DNA from: Octopus vulgaris | Lineage: Eukaryota | Assembly (NCBI GenBank): GCA_951406725.2 | Contig: OX597815.1 | Coordinates: forward strand, 193,192,001-193,256,000 | Length of the DNA stretch: 64,000 nt | Direction of reading: 5' to 3' | Shown: piece by piece, positions 14,415 through 27,496 of the stretch | How the letters are laid out: every line of letters starts with the position of its first letter | Numbering within the stretch: position 1 is the stretch's first letter | Position numbers and translations under genes: made by a program | The notes under the pieces: model-generated | Database searches by the model: none | What the model was told of the DNA's origin: nothing | Seen by the model: only the letters and a program-made list of their open reading frames with translations

Positions 14415-14774
14415 CTTTGTTATTATTATTATTATAATTAATATTATTATTATTATTGTTATTATTATTGTTATTATTATTATTGTTGTTATTATTATTA
14501 TTATTGTTATTATTATTGTTGTTGTTGCTATTATTATTATTATTATTATTCAGTAGTTTTATTTTTATAGCGTGCTTTCACTTCACTACCGAGCGCAGCT
14601 CTGTGTGCCTTGGGTATGTGCTGTGATTTGTTGTGATGCTCTGATGGTTATTGTATGGAAAGTGTTCTGCTATTATTATTATTGTTATTATTATGGTTAT
14701 TATTATTATTGTTGTTATAATAATAATAATAATAATTATTATTATTATTATTATTGTTGTTGTTGTTGTTGTTG

Positions 14775-14823
<49 letters not shown>

Positions 14824-14900
14824 TATTATCATTATTCATTGTCCTACATCATCATCGTTTTCATAATCTTTCTCATCATCATCATCATCATCATCATCAT
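13968..14900. repeat. (ACT)n, (ATT/GTT)n and (ATC)n microsatellite block
   Basis: Direct reading. Confidence 0.95.
14551..14669 (-). mobile_element. R4/Dong LINE 3'UTR-only insertion
   Basis: Same terminus (CAGTAGTTTTATTTTTATAGCGTGC...) as 58119 and 60400. ATT tracts on both sides. Confidence 0.85.
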
Positions 14901-14945
14901 AATCCCATGAGAATTATATTATGTTTTTGATTTCTTTCTTTTCAG

Positions 14946-15056
14946 TTACCAAACCAGCAATCACAATATGTTGACGATAAGCTGACTGCAGCAATTCTTG
15001 TCACAATTTTCTGCTTTTTTCCGACAGGTATTCCTGCTATTATATTTGCATATCAA
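14946..15056 (+). CDS. CD225/dispanin family gene A, penultimate exon
   Basis: tttcag|...|gtaagt, 111 nt, phase 0-0. LPNQQSQYVDDKLTAAILVTIFCFFPTGIPAIIFAYQ matches the CD225 first hydrophobic segment. Paralogous to exon 61333-61443. Confidence 0.9.
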
Positions 15057-15116
15057 GTAAGTAAAATGCAAACATTTCTTGCAAGAAATTCTATTTATTT
15101 TCATACATTTTATCCG

Positions 15117-15285
15117 GTCGTGGCCGTATGGTAAGAAGTTTGCTTCTCAACTACATGGCTCCGGGTTCAGTTCTACCGCACCTGGGACAGGTGTTTTCTG
15201 CAATAGCCACGTGATGATCAAAGACTGGTGAGTGTATTAAGCAGATAGAAACTGAAAACCCCGTCACACACACATACAAACACAA

Positions 15286-15330
<45 letters not shown>
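15117..15330 (+). mobile_element. Old tRNA-SINE (family B-like)
   Basis: A box TGGCCGTATGG and B box GGTTCAGTTC, followed by a (CA)/(TA) tract. Confidence 0.7.
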
Positions 15331-15334
15331 TTTG

Positions 15335-15792
15335 AATATATGTTTTGTGTGGCTTCCCTTAACTTGAATATTTGTTTCAATGCGCCAGAGAAGAGATGCG
15401 TGCAAATCCTTTCATCACATTCACAGTATTTGAGGCCATTCTCTGTGGCTGCTTTCCCCCAACTCTTGAAACTGCGTGGATTCTTCTGACAAACTTTTAT
15501 CTTTAGTTCTGTCCACATTTGCTCGATGATGTTCAAGTCAGGGCTCAGTGCTGGCTAAACTTTCGATACGGTAACTCTTTCATCGGCCAGACTCTGTTGT
15601 GTTGTACATGATCTGTTACAAGAAATTCCGTCATGCTGAAAAATCTCACCTTCATCCAAGTCTGGTAACAAATTGTCCTTCAGCAACTATACTTATTTGG
15701 TACTATTCAAGTTACCGTCAATTTTAACCAACGTTCTTGAAACAACACTTTTTATGTATCCCCAAAACATCAGACTTCTACCCGCAAACTAG
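15335..15792 (-). mobile_element. Tc1-type transposase remnant
   Basis: Minus strand: SLMFWG..., EIFQHDG, SPDLNIIEQMW.ELK..V (Tc1 DDE motifs). Confidence 0.75.
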
Positions 15793-15794
15793 TT

Positions 15795-16810
15795 ATTTCA
15801 GTTGGGAAAGTGAAGGAAATCAGCAACAAATGGGCAACTGGATATCCCCTGGGAGTCCAAGGCAACTGGATCAAACGATTTGGTGAATGTCATGCACGAA
15901 TAGCTGCGCAAATCAACACCTTGTTAAATGCCGACCAAGGAACACCAGAGTGGTTGACATTAGGTAGGACAGTGCCGTGCTTGAAAAACATGGACAAAGG
16001 CAATACAGTAGACAATTACAGGCCGATATTCTGTTTGCCACTTATGTGGAAACTATTGACTGGAATACTCGCAGAGTCAATGTACGGACATCAAGAAAAA
16101 AGAGCAGAAGGGTTGCAAGCGTAAGTGCAAAGGTACGAAGGATCAACTTCTGATAGACAAAACTGTACTTAGAGATTTCAAGAGGAGGAAAACTAACTTA
16201 GCCATGTCATGGATCGATTATCGTAAGGCGTACGATATGATCCCACTTCCAAACCATCTTTATGTCTCTCATCGAGCAAGCTATCACTGTTACTTTCCTG
16301 TAGTTTATAAGATATTTCACCTCTGTTTTCTGCTATCAGATTACTTTTATCAGTAGGAACAGTATTTTCATCGCTGCCTCTGCTGCTGTTTTGCAATACC
16401 CGTCTTTTGATAGCTTCGAGCTCTACTTCCTCACATAATCTCTGTACCGTGAGTTGAAACAATTCCCTGGTATACATCGCAACTCCACAAGGAGTTTTTC
16501 TCTCCTGTCATTTCGATATACAACACACTTCGGCATGTGTCTCTCAGCATTTGTTATATCAGCGATGCCATGCAATTCGCTTCATTACATGTATCCAAGT
16601 CTCTTAGGTATGAGGTTTTCTGCTGGCGGGAAGTTACCAGTTTCCTGGCATTCGACAGCAACAGTGGTAGGACGTGTTGGATGACAATAACGATAACTTG
16701 TCTGACATTTGTGGTAGCGTCAGGAATGGGCTGCCTGGAAATTTAACAGTTTATGGTTGTCTGGTGTGTAGTTTTTTATGCAGTGTTTGATGTAACCTAG
16801 TCATCTGACT
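15795..16810. mobile_element. R4-clade LINE fragments (RT on +, N-terminal piece on -)
   Basis: + strand: [43 protein letters not shown]. - strand 16245-16810: QRLCEEVELEAIKRR. Confidence 0.7.
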
Positions 16811-17529
16811 TACAATCTCTTACACCATACACCCAAAAGTTGTTCAGCTGCTTTTGTCTCGGTTATGTGTATAGGTTGTTTTTTTCTGCGGAGCAATACG
16901 TTCAACAGTTGAATATGTCCAACGAGGAGGCAGTGTGTGTTGGGACCTTTTTTCGTGCCCTTGGTGATCTTGTTGGATGGGTTTGTCTCCTCAGAATAAT
17001 TAGGTAATGGCAAACATTCAAGTCCTGCTATTATTGTAAGGCATGAACTTATTGCATCAACATATTTTAACAGCAACAATAAAGTATTTTCGAGCTGAGT
17101 TCAACATTAGATCATATCCAGATAAACTCATCTATGATATTCCAGGCATTTTGTTTCACTGTATTAAGATTACATAATACAATGGGATATTATCCAATAT
17201 CATTTTTTAAAGAGATCATATTTTTACTTGAGGAATTTAACTACTATTTCAAACAGGTTAATTTGCTTCCTACTGGTTGTGACAGAAACTGCTGAAGGTT
17301 CCCTCGTGGACATCATAAGGATTTCGTTCTAGGGATTGCAGAGGAAAAGCAAAACAAAAGGCCCGAAACAAGATCAAACCAACAGCATGATTACGATGAT
17401 CCTTATATAAAGGGTCACTTGTAATACTTGTTTGCTCCATGAAGTCTAACAATAATCGTTTCAACTATTTCAACCACATCAATCTTGTTTTATTCATCTT
17501 TAATATCTCTGCCAACTTACCATTATATT

Positions 17530-17760
17530 TTTCTTTACTACCCACAAGGGGCTAAACACAGAGAGGACAAATAAGGACAGAAAAAGGGATTAAGTCGATT
17601 ACATCGACCCCAGTGCGTCACTGGTACTTAATTTATCGATCCCGAAAGAATGAAAGGCAAATGTCGACTTCGGCGGAATTTGAACTCACAACAAAACGAC
17701 AGACGAAATACGGCTACGCATTTCGCCCGACGTGCTATCGTTTCAGCCAGCTCGACGCCT
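17530..17760 (-). mobile_element. tRNA-SINE family A
   Basis: Reverse complement of the copies at 24371, 30400 and 37990. Confidence 0.85.
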
Positions 17761-18032
17761 TAATCTAGTCTACATATAATAGCTCTAACACCTCAGTAGC
17801 CATCAACAAAGAAAAAGCATGACTTTTCGCAGCTTTGATGAAATATCTACTTCTATAAGAGCAGCGGTTATGAAACTGACTAATAATATCAGTTCACTAC
17901 CACCACAACTACACCCACCCTGCAAAAATATCGGTGGAATTTGTCGTCAAGGTAACACCCCCACCATGCGTTCCTTTATTAAGAAGAAACAATATTGTTC
18001 ATCCTTATAATTCTATATAATTGCTGTTGTTA

Positions 18033-18215
18033 AGGCGATAAGCTGGCAGAATCGATTGCACGTCGAGAAAAATATTTATCGGTATTTTGAACGTCTTTAC
18101 ATTCTGAGTTCAAATCTCTCCAGGTCCACTTTGTCTTTCATCCTTTAGGGATAAATACAATATGTACTTGTTGAGTGCTGGGCTCGATGTAATTCACCTA
18201 CCCACTCACCCCAAA
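18033..18215 (+). mobile_element. Degenerate SINE family A
   Basis: AGCTGGCAGAA...GAGTTCAAAT...CTTTCATCCTTT.GGG motifs. Confidence 0.65.
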
Positions 18216-18301
18216 TTGCTTAGAAACCAACATATTTGTTGTCGTTGGGTCTTATTAGCGTTCTTTAAATGTAAACTAACTCTTGTCTTTCTGTCTTCTA
18301 G

Positions 18302-18463
18302 GCAAACTCAATGGCCCGAATGGGAAATATAGCAGATGCAAACGATGCAAACGTTAAGGCAATACATTTCATCAGAATATCAGTAATTTTTGGTTTTATA
18401 ATTATGCTTGGAACCATCTTACCCCTTATCATAGTATTTTCGGTTGTTAGCGGTATTAATTGA
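18302..18463 (+). CDS. CD225/dispanin gene A, last coding exon
   Basis: Pyrimidine tract-tag acceptor, phase 0, in frame with the previous exon. ANSMARMGNIADANDANVKAIHFIRISVIFGFIIMLGTILPLIIVFSVVSGIN* gives the CD225 loop (G..A..A) plus a C-terminal TM helix. Confidence 0.88.
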   Translation, partial: ANSMARMGNIADANDANVKAIHFIRISVIFGFIIMLGTILPLIIVFSVVSGIN

Positions 18464-18808
18464 AGTGTGTTCTTTTTTTATATACTCGATTAATTTATTT
18501 TTAAATATATTGAGGACTTCAGTCAATAAGGGGTATATTTCACAACAAATGGCGAATTTAAATATTGAACAATGATATATAAGCTTATCGGTGAATTCTA
18601 TGGCTTCAGCCTGATGGCAAGAATCCATAAAGCAGTAAAACTATGAGAGTATAGAGATATTCCTGAAAGACTTTTACCATTTCTTCTCTCCAATTTTATC
18701 ATCCTCGAAAGCAATTGATGTTGTTGTATTTTGTTTTTATCTGAATCTTCTTTTTCATTATGACAAGAACTATCATATTTGATAATAATTTTATAAGCAC
18801 AATTGTTA

Positions 18809-18814
18809 AATAAA
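18809..18814 (+). terminator. Candidate polyadenylation signal of gene A
   Basis: AATAAA ~345 nt after the stop. Weak evidence in AT-rich DNA. Confidence 0.4.
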
Positions 18815-19412
18815 GCAAACTTTAAAACATTTTTGAAAATGTTGGCTTAAAATCAGTTATTCATTTTCGGGTTTAACATTTATGTGAGCCTTAATTCGGT
18901 TCAACACAAATTAGACACTAGATACACAAAAAATTAACTGTTATACACATACCTTGACAAATATCGCTATACATGCTAACGCAATATTCTAGTAAATAGT
19001 AGATAGAAACGGCTAAACCTGAAATCTACATTCAAACATTATCCACAAATGTAGAGGAATATTTCTTTAGCTTCCATTCATAAATATTTTAGTTAATATT
19101 GGTTTAAATATTTCTTGTTATCATGCGAAATAATGATAAGTGGAGTTTACGACAAACATACGTATGGAATTTTGCAGACAAGAAAGTGAAGCTGTATGGA
19201 CAGCAGCGAAAGACGGGATATCTACCCTTATAAAACTGAAAAAATATACCTTACCAGTGGACGGCAACGACATTCGAATCCGCACTCGTCAGATAACGTC
19301 TACTAATGAATTTTATAACAAAATAATAGTTATTTAATATTTGTAAATATATCAACAAAACAATTTAGATATTCCACGACATCGACAGCAGCGGTAGTAA
19401 TGACTACAATAT

Positions 19413-19730
19413 TGACTGACCATGGGATTGCACCTAGAAAGATACCCTCCCAGGCACAAGTCCGGGCAAGGTTGTTTATGGAAGACCAGTAGTCACCCAT
19501 GCATACCGGTCTCTCCTCTCCACGCCACTTGTGTTATCCAAGGGAAAGGCAACGACAGATACAGCTTAGCACCTCTGACGTCGCAACTCATTTCGACAGC
19601 TGAGTGAACTGGAGCAACGTGAAATAAAGTGTCTTGCTCAAGAACACAACACGCAGCCCGGTCCGGGTTTCGAACTCACAACTTTCCGATCGAAAACTCG
19701 ACGCTCTAACCACTGAGCCATGTGCCTTCA
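19413..19730 (-). mobile_element. tRNA-SINE family C (CORE-like)
   Basis: Head TGGCTCAGTGGTTAGAGC...GTTCGAAACCC, then TTGAGCAAGACACTT. Homologous to 20328-20665. Confidence 0.85.
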
Positions 19731-20327
19731 TTGACCATAATAATTACTTCTACTAACACTTCTGCTGTTGTTGTTGCTGCTGCTACTACTACTACTTGCC
19801 AAAGACTCAAGTGGAAATGCACTAACAAGAAATGTTGGCAGGCATGGACTTCATCAGCCGAAACTGACCAAACAGCGCCGTCCAAGTCCAATTCTTAAAG
19901 GAGATCCTCGGAAAGTAAATCATCCAGCTGACCTATGTAGTAGTGAAGAACTTATCCTCATTCCCACTTATCTGAGAGCGAGTGTGAATATATCTGATGT
20001 GCCACCAGAAGTGGTCATCTGGTGAGTGGTGGTATGCAGAGATTTGGAGTTAAGTGACATTCTCCCGGAGAATCGCTAGGAGAATTGATTAGGAAAAGTA
20101 CAGCAAGTTTCATTAGATGAAACTTGAATATCTGGAAAAGAACTTGAGCTGACGCAGATCACTAACAAGGCGGACATTCACGTCATTCTGGACCAAACAT
20201 CACGTACGGGGTGATGCCAACCGCCAGGTGGCATTCTGCCCGCAATAGAATTTGAAATTAAGGAGGCAACGCCGTTTCAAGCATCACAAACACCAAGCAG
20301 AATTACAATGCCAGCATTAATAATAAT

Positions 20328-20665
20328 GACCCCCTTCGGTCAGACACTGACCATGGGCTTGCACCTAGAGAGTTACCCTCTGAGGCACAAGTCTGGGCAA
20401 GGTTGTTTTATGGAAGACCAGCAGTCGCCCATGCATACCGGCCTCCCCTCTCCACGTCACCGATGTTGTCCAAGGGAAAAGCAAAGGGGCCGATACAGCT
20501 TGGCACCTGTGACGTCGCAACTCATTTCTACAGCTGAGTGAACTGGAGCAACGTGAAATAAAGTGTCTTGCTCAAGAACACAACACGCAGCCCGGTCCGG
20601 GATTCGAGCTCACAACCTCACAATCGTAAGCTCGACGCTCTAACCACTGAGCTACGCGCCTTCAC
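20328..20665 (-). mobile_element. tRNA-SINE family C
   Basis: Second copy with the same head, core and tail. Confidence 0.85.
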
Positions 20666-21211
20666 TTCTAATACCAGCATTAGAACACAATTATAATATT
20701 AGCAATAGTAATAGCAAGAAAAGCAGCATCAAAATTGCGTTTATGAATGTGTTCATGGTCATTTCGTTCTCAGAAATTTATGTTTGAGCATCTGCGTGCG
20801 AGTATGTGGTCTAATATGGTCGGATCGATGTTCTGAGTGAATATTGTATGATCGTATGTATGTGTTGTGTGCAAATGAGTGAGTGTTTGCTTATGTGATC
20901 GCATTCATGCATGTGTGTGTGTGCATAACTGCGAGTGTTTGCGTCGTGAATGTTTTTGAATAGGCAAGCGTCTCGATGTCTGTTAGCTTGTGCGTGTGTG
21001 TTATTATCATAGGTGAAATGGCTCTCTCAAAATACAAATTTACGTCCCACTCCTTCTCAATTTTTTTCTTTTTTCTTTTTTCTTCTCTCTTGCTTGTCAA
21101 GGTCAAAAAATATTTTATATATAAAAAGCCCAAGAAATCTAACTTTAATCCAATTTTTGATAAATCCGATAACGGAAGAGAGCGCTAAAAGTGAAAATAA
21201 AGTGTAAATAT

Positions 21212-21252
<41 letters not shown>

Positions 21253-21260
<8 letters not shown>

Positions 21261-22131
21261 TATATTGAGGGTACTACTATTCGTAGATACCAATACGCTA
21301 AGAGGGACCAATGCGGTCAAAACTACTAAAAATAAACAAAATTTTACCGAATGCAAAACTTCAAAACACATCATTTTAAAAAAGAATTCAGTTACATATC
21401 ACATGTGATTTCGCATTTAATGCAGAATATGCATTTCATGTTCATCAGTGCAACAAACTCAAGAAATATAAGAGAAAAACATAACATTACAAGCTCGATA
21501 GCCAACCGTAGAATTCGTCGTAGCATGTACGAATGTTTATCTTTACATATCTATGAAAATGGCGGGCTTATTCGCAATGCATTTCGGTACCAAATTGTCT
21601 AGTCGGAATAAAAATTCAGTATTGAACTATTCCGGTGAAAAATATAAATTAACAATTGAGGATAAAATCTTTAAAAGAAATTATCAGTAGTCAGCGTGAA
21701 AAACCTCGTAAGAGAAAAAATCCGTAAATTCTTCCTCTTTGAAAATATTCATTTATATTATATTGAGGGTACTACTATTCGTAGATACCAATACGCTAAG
21801 AGGGACCAATGCGGTCAAAACTACTAAAAATAAACAAAATTTTACCGAATGCAAAACTTCAAAACACATCATTTTAAAAAGAATTCAGTTACATATTACA
21901 TGTGATTTCGCATTTAATGCAGAATATGCATTTCATGTTCATCAGTGCAACAAACTCAAGAAATATAAGAGAAAACATAACATTACAAGCTCGATAGCCA
22001 ACCGTAGAATTCGTCGTAGCATGTACGAATGTTTATCTTTACATATCTATGAAAATGGCGGGCTTATTCGCAATGCATTTCGGTACCAAATTGTCTAGTC
22101 GGAATAAAAATTCAGTATTGAACTATTCCGG
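21253..22131. repeat. ~380-bp near-identical direct duplication (21253-21635 / 21751-22131), probably Penelope-like
   Basis: Two almost identical copies 498 bp apart, adjacent to the split hammerhead and inverted repeat. Confidence 0.8.
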
Positions 22132-22176
22132 GACCAATTCAGTATTGAACTATTACAAGCTATCGAGCTTGTAATG

Positions 22177-22304
22177 TTAAGAAATGATTATAGTAGTAGA
22201 GAAATCAATTCGATATAAATATAGTCGCTCATCAGGTTAAAAATAAAGTGATTTCTCTACTACTATAATCATTTCTTAAATATAGCCGCGAAACACGTGT
22301 CGTT
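22177..22304. ncRNA. Hammerhead ribozyme split across a 31-bp inverted repeat
   Basis: 5' half (AAC-CTGATGA-GCGACTATATTTA) on -. 3' half (TAAATATAGCCGC-GAAA-CACGTG-TC-GTT) on +. Inverted repeat at 22177-22207 / 22249-22279. Confidence 0.7.
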
Positions 22305-22562
22305 TTTCTACCTATTATATACGTTTTTATTATTATTTTTGCAATTTACCTAATCTTTACATTTTATTGTTATTTTAATTTTAACTTATCTATTATATGT
22401 AATTTTCTAGATGATGTAATTTAATTGTTCATTTTGAATTGATAAAAGGTGTTTTTTTCTAATTTATATATATATATATATTATATTGTGTGAAATTTTA
22501 TTTAGTATTTCTAAATTGAATTTCTTCCTTGTAAGTTTATATTTTATTCCCTCAAATAATAA

Positions 22563-22634
<72 letters not shown>

Positions 22635-23279
22635 TACACACATATATATAGTTTAAACAGAGTTAGCGGTTATAATAATCCAGTAAGGGATAAAATATCC
22701 GTATATATTATCGGTATCCGTTCCCCGTATTATCCTCTGGCATTGGTTTGCAGGCACACCATGCATGTAGAGTTCGGGTAACCATAGGACAAACGAGAAT
22801 TTATCAGGAACCAATGTAGATAATCAGAAAATATAGAAAACCTCAGATTAACAAACGCATGAATTCGACCACATTTAAGCTATAAATGTGCTCCCATCGA
22901 TGTTTGTTTATCGATGTATGTGTATATATATTTATTGGTGTATATGTATGGACTAGTCTTCTAAGCGTGTAGACATGAATCTGTAGGTACGCGTACGTAT
23001 GTGTATATATGTGAATGTATGTAGATGTATGTATGTATGAATATAACGCGTGCGTGCGTGTATGTGTATGAGTGTACGAATGAGTGAGTGTGCGTGCTAA
23101 TGAGTGTGCGTGCGTGAGTGAGTGCTTGTGTTCAAGTAGAAAGATAAATGGACTTGCTGTCGTAGCCAAGATGCTTGTGACCCGCGGTCAAAGATAACAA
23201 AAGTAATAAATGAAGATAATAATAAAATTAAAATTAGGGAATGGGTTTGTATTTGTATGTATATGTGTGTATGTGTAGG

Positions 23280-23299
23280 TATGTATAGGTACACATATG

Positions 23300-23352
<53 letters not shown>

Positions 23353-23511
23353 GTGTATATAGGGACTTGTGTGTGCATGTGTGTATGTGGATATGTGTGT
23401 GTATGTGTGTATGTGTATGTGTGTGTATGTATATATATTTTTTTGTGTGTATATGTATGTGTGGTCGTGTGTGTATATATACATGTGTGTGTGTATATAT
23501 ATATATGCATA

Positions 23512-23562
<51 letters not shown>

Positions 23563-23925
23563 GTGTGTGTATATATATGTGTATATGTGTATGTGTGTGT
23601 GTATGTATGTGTGTATGTATATATGTGTGTGTGTGTATATATATACATATGTGTATATATATACATATGTGTATATGTATAAGTGAGAATATCCTTATTT
23701 ACCTACAACTCTATTCTTCTATATATTTTTTATTCTTTTATTTATTCTTTTATCTAATTTACCACTGACTCCTTGACCTACCCCCAAAAAGTCCCCCACC
23801 ACCACCCCTTTAAACCTGCCTAAATGTATAAATGCTAATACAATTCTTGTTAACTAGCTTCCTGATGATTTCTCTTGAATGAAACAGTTCTAGTCCTGTA
23901 GAAGCTCCTTCTATATAATAAATTA
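23280..23925 (+). mobile_element. Non-coding microsatellite-rich repeat with hammerhead (copy 1)
   Basis: Inverted homolog of 26815-27515. Confidence 0.75.
23856..23906 (+). ncRNA. Type I hammerhead ribozyme
   Basis: AGCTTC-CTGATGA-tTTCtcttGAAt-GAAA-CAGttctagtcCTG-TA-GAAGCT: 6-bp stem I, full core, 4-bp stem III, GUA site. U.U at 10.1/11.1. Confidence 0.8.
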
Positions 23926-23990
23926 ATTTTACTCTGCTATGTATTGAGTACCTTATTTACTGTGGTTAACCCCGAATCAACCCGGGACCT

Positions 23991-24029
<39 letters not shown>

Positions 24030-24370
24030 TATATATATATTCTTGAGAGTGTGTATCTGTATGCAGCCACACGCCTCCCCCAACTTACAGACATGCGTGT
24101 ATGTAAATATAGAATTTTCATTGCGAAATTATATTTACAGATTGTATCCAAAATATGAGGCCTTTTCTTTACAATTCACTCCATTTCATATCTCCTTCAA
24201 ATTCGTGCCTTATACACAAACATGCACTTCCACGACACTTTCGTTCCGAACTTACTTAACCTGAAAATCATTAGACTTGCTTAGTCAAACTAACTTCAGG
24301 TGAATTTTTTGGAAAATCTCGAATCCCGATCACTAGTGTGATACAAAACGGGTTTATTTTTATTATATAA

Positions 24371-24602
24371 GGTGGCGAGCTGGCAGAAATGTTAGCACGC
24401 CGGGCGAAATGCTTAGCAGTATTTTGTCTGCCGCTACGTTCTGAGTTCAAATTCCGCCGAGGTCGACTTTGCCTTTTATCCTTTCGGGGTCGATTAAATT
24501 AAGTACCAGTTATGCACTGGGGTTGATATAATCGACTTAATCCGTTTGTCTGTCCTTGTTTGTCCCCTCTGTGTTTTGCCCCTTGTGTGTAGTAAATAAA
24601 TA
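24371..24602 (+). mobile_element. tRNA-SINE family A
   Basis: Full copy. Repeat GGTTTATTTTTATTAT at 24351 and 24603 (TSD). Confidence 0.9.
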
Positions 24603-25385
24603 GGTTTATTTTTATTATTTTTGTATTTATTTATTACTTTTGTTTTGGTTTCCTTAACTTCTTACGATTACAGATCAGTTAGACCTGTGATTCTCAAGCG
24701 TGATCGATTTGAACCCCCAGGGAATACGGCCACATACATGACAAGTGACGCAAGAAAACCATGGTATAAATGGGTATTACTGATATATAATCGGTAGACA
24801 TACCATCACTAATTTTATAATCATCCTATTTTATATTGTTGTTGTAATTTCGACAGTATAAATGTTGTACATAATGATTTTTAGTTTTTTCCCATTTCTT
24901 ATCCTCTTAAAACCGGATTTTCATCTTTTGAGTAAACAACCAATGGAAGTTTGCAATCGTCTTAATAGTGAGGCGAATGTTTTATTACCTATACAATGTA
25001 AACAGCTAGCAAAATCGTCACACATTTAGGTCAGCTAGCTACAAAGCTTACGCTGAATAATAGTAACAATCTTTTACTTTTGCTTCTATTGTATTTATGT
25101 ATTTATATATTTCTGCCTGCAACAATAGGATTGGGCCTAGAAAATACATTGTATGATCGTATGTATGTGTTGTGTGCAAATGAGTGAGTGTTTGCTTATG
25201 TGATCGCATTCATGCATGTGTGTGTGTGTGCATAACTGCGAGTGTTTATCGGATCTAGTCTTTCATATTCGCAAAATGAGCTCCGCTTAATTTTGCTCAG
25301 ATTGCTTTCAATTTTGGTGTATCGCTGCGACTCTGAAATTTTGATTACGATCAACCAATTACTTTATCTCGTATATTATAGAATC

Positions 25386-25944
25386 TATAGTGACGTCATA
25401 TTCCAGTGTGCTCACACGCAACGTCATTCATCAGTGTGCGTGTGCGGTACGTATTCTTCATTGTGCATGTGCGGAACTTCCTTCTTCAGTGTGCGTGTGC
25501 GGGGTTGGAACCTTCTGGAACCTTCTGGAAAGGCATAAGGAAGTTCCCTCATGCACATGCGCTAGAGACTGGGGAAGAAATTCTATCCCGTTCCTTAATA
25601 GCGTCGTTGACTTGAGACACGGCGATTGAAGAGAAAGGACGTATTTTTAAACGTGTGATCAGCCTATTCTCCTGTCCCAGACGCTTAGGATTTGACCTGT
25701 TCTGTTGCTGCTGAATTGTTGTAAGAAACTTACAAACGTTAGAATTCAGCCTTGCTGTGTTGAACTAGGTGGATACCAGTATACCATCGTGCTTCATTGT
25801 TGAATAAGAGAATAAAGAATCGTATATATTTTTAAAGTTGCGTTTTGTTACCGACTGGTAGTTTCTAGAAACAAAAAGAAAGGAAATTGTGTTGCACCCA
25901 AGTTGCACCCCAAAAGTGTAAAGAAGCAACTAGTTCCCTTTACA
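25386..25944 (+). mobile_element. Probable solo LTR
   Basis: T(A)TAG...TTACA termini, AATC 4-bp duplication on both sides, higher GC, AATAAA at ~25811. Confidence 0.5.
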
Positions 25945-26814
25945 AATCTGATGTTATTTGGAATTCCGCACGCTGCGTTGTGGTTCACTGTATTCTGTGC
26001 CACTGATGTCTATGTTGGTTTCATCCGCGTGTTTTAATTTTTTTTGTGTGTGTTAGTATATCACATATTTTTCTGTGCTTCTGTGTGTTAGTATTTTTCT
26101 GTGTTAGTATTTTTACATATTTTTCATTTCATATATTTTGGTGACTCATTTACTCAGCTAGATTTATGATTTCACTAGGTTAATTCTATTCATAAAAAAT
26201 TTACTTGGGAGTATTTCTTAAACCGTTAGCTTCTCATTTCCACAGCTTAACTGAAATTTAGCCCACGTCTGCAAAAACATATACGATACAGGTATTCTTT
26301 TCCTTGGGATAAATTCTTTTTAAGTCGTAGTTTACAAATCCAAGCATGAAAACGTTCCTCAACTTTGGAGTTTAGGAGATAGACGCCCCTTTTTCACACA
26401 CACACGCACGCACATGCTAGTCGACCTTGGCGAGGTGATGTGGACTCCTTCTCCTCTCTGGTGAATTGCACAATCACTCTATTAACCATGGTAAGAGGGA
26501 TACCAAAGTGTTCTGTGCTTTTATGCTGACTAAGTCCACCTTCAGATTAACGGCCCTTTGAAATTCAGAGAGTTCCGAAGCTTCTTTTGTATGTGGCTTG
26601 ATTAAATAGTCACATACAGAACCCGAAACATAAAAAAATGCCAATTAATAAAAACTATAAACCTTTTAAAGTTGAATTAAACGTAAAAAGATTTTTTTAA
26701 GAGATGTATATTTGCTTCTGTCATGTCTGTGTATATGTATATATGTGTATAAAAACATATACTCATACATAAATATATATATTTATATATATATATATAT
26801 ATATATATTTTTAT

Positions 26815-27143
26815 TTATTATATAGAAGAAGCTTCTACAGGACTAGAACTGTTTCATTCAAGAGAAATCTTCAGGAAGCTAGTTAACAAGAATTGTATTG
26901 GCATTTATACATTTAGGCAGGTTTATAGGGGTGGTGGTGGGGGACTTTTTGGGGGTAGGCATAGCGCAAAAAATTCATACTTGGGGGAGTGGTCAAGGAG
27001 TCAGTTGTAAATTAGATAGAAGAATAAATAAAAGAATAAAAAAATAAAATACAAAAATATATAGAAGAATAGAGTTTTAGGTAAATAAGGAAATTTTCAA
27101 CACACACACATATATACATACACACATACATACACACACACCC

Positions 27144-27186
<43 letters not shown>

Positions 27187-27449
27187 TATACATACATACA
27201 TCTACATATACATATATATATACATATATATATATACATATACATACATACACATATACATGCATATACATATACACACACACATGTATATATACACACA
27301 CACGACCACACATACACATACACACAAAAAATATATACATACACACACATACACATACACACATACACACACATATCCACATACACACATGCACACACAA
27401 CACACAAGTCCCTATATACTCATATATACATATACACATATATGTATGT

Positions 27450-27496
<47 letters not shown>

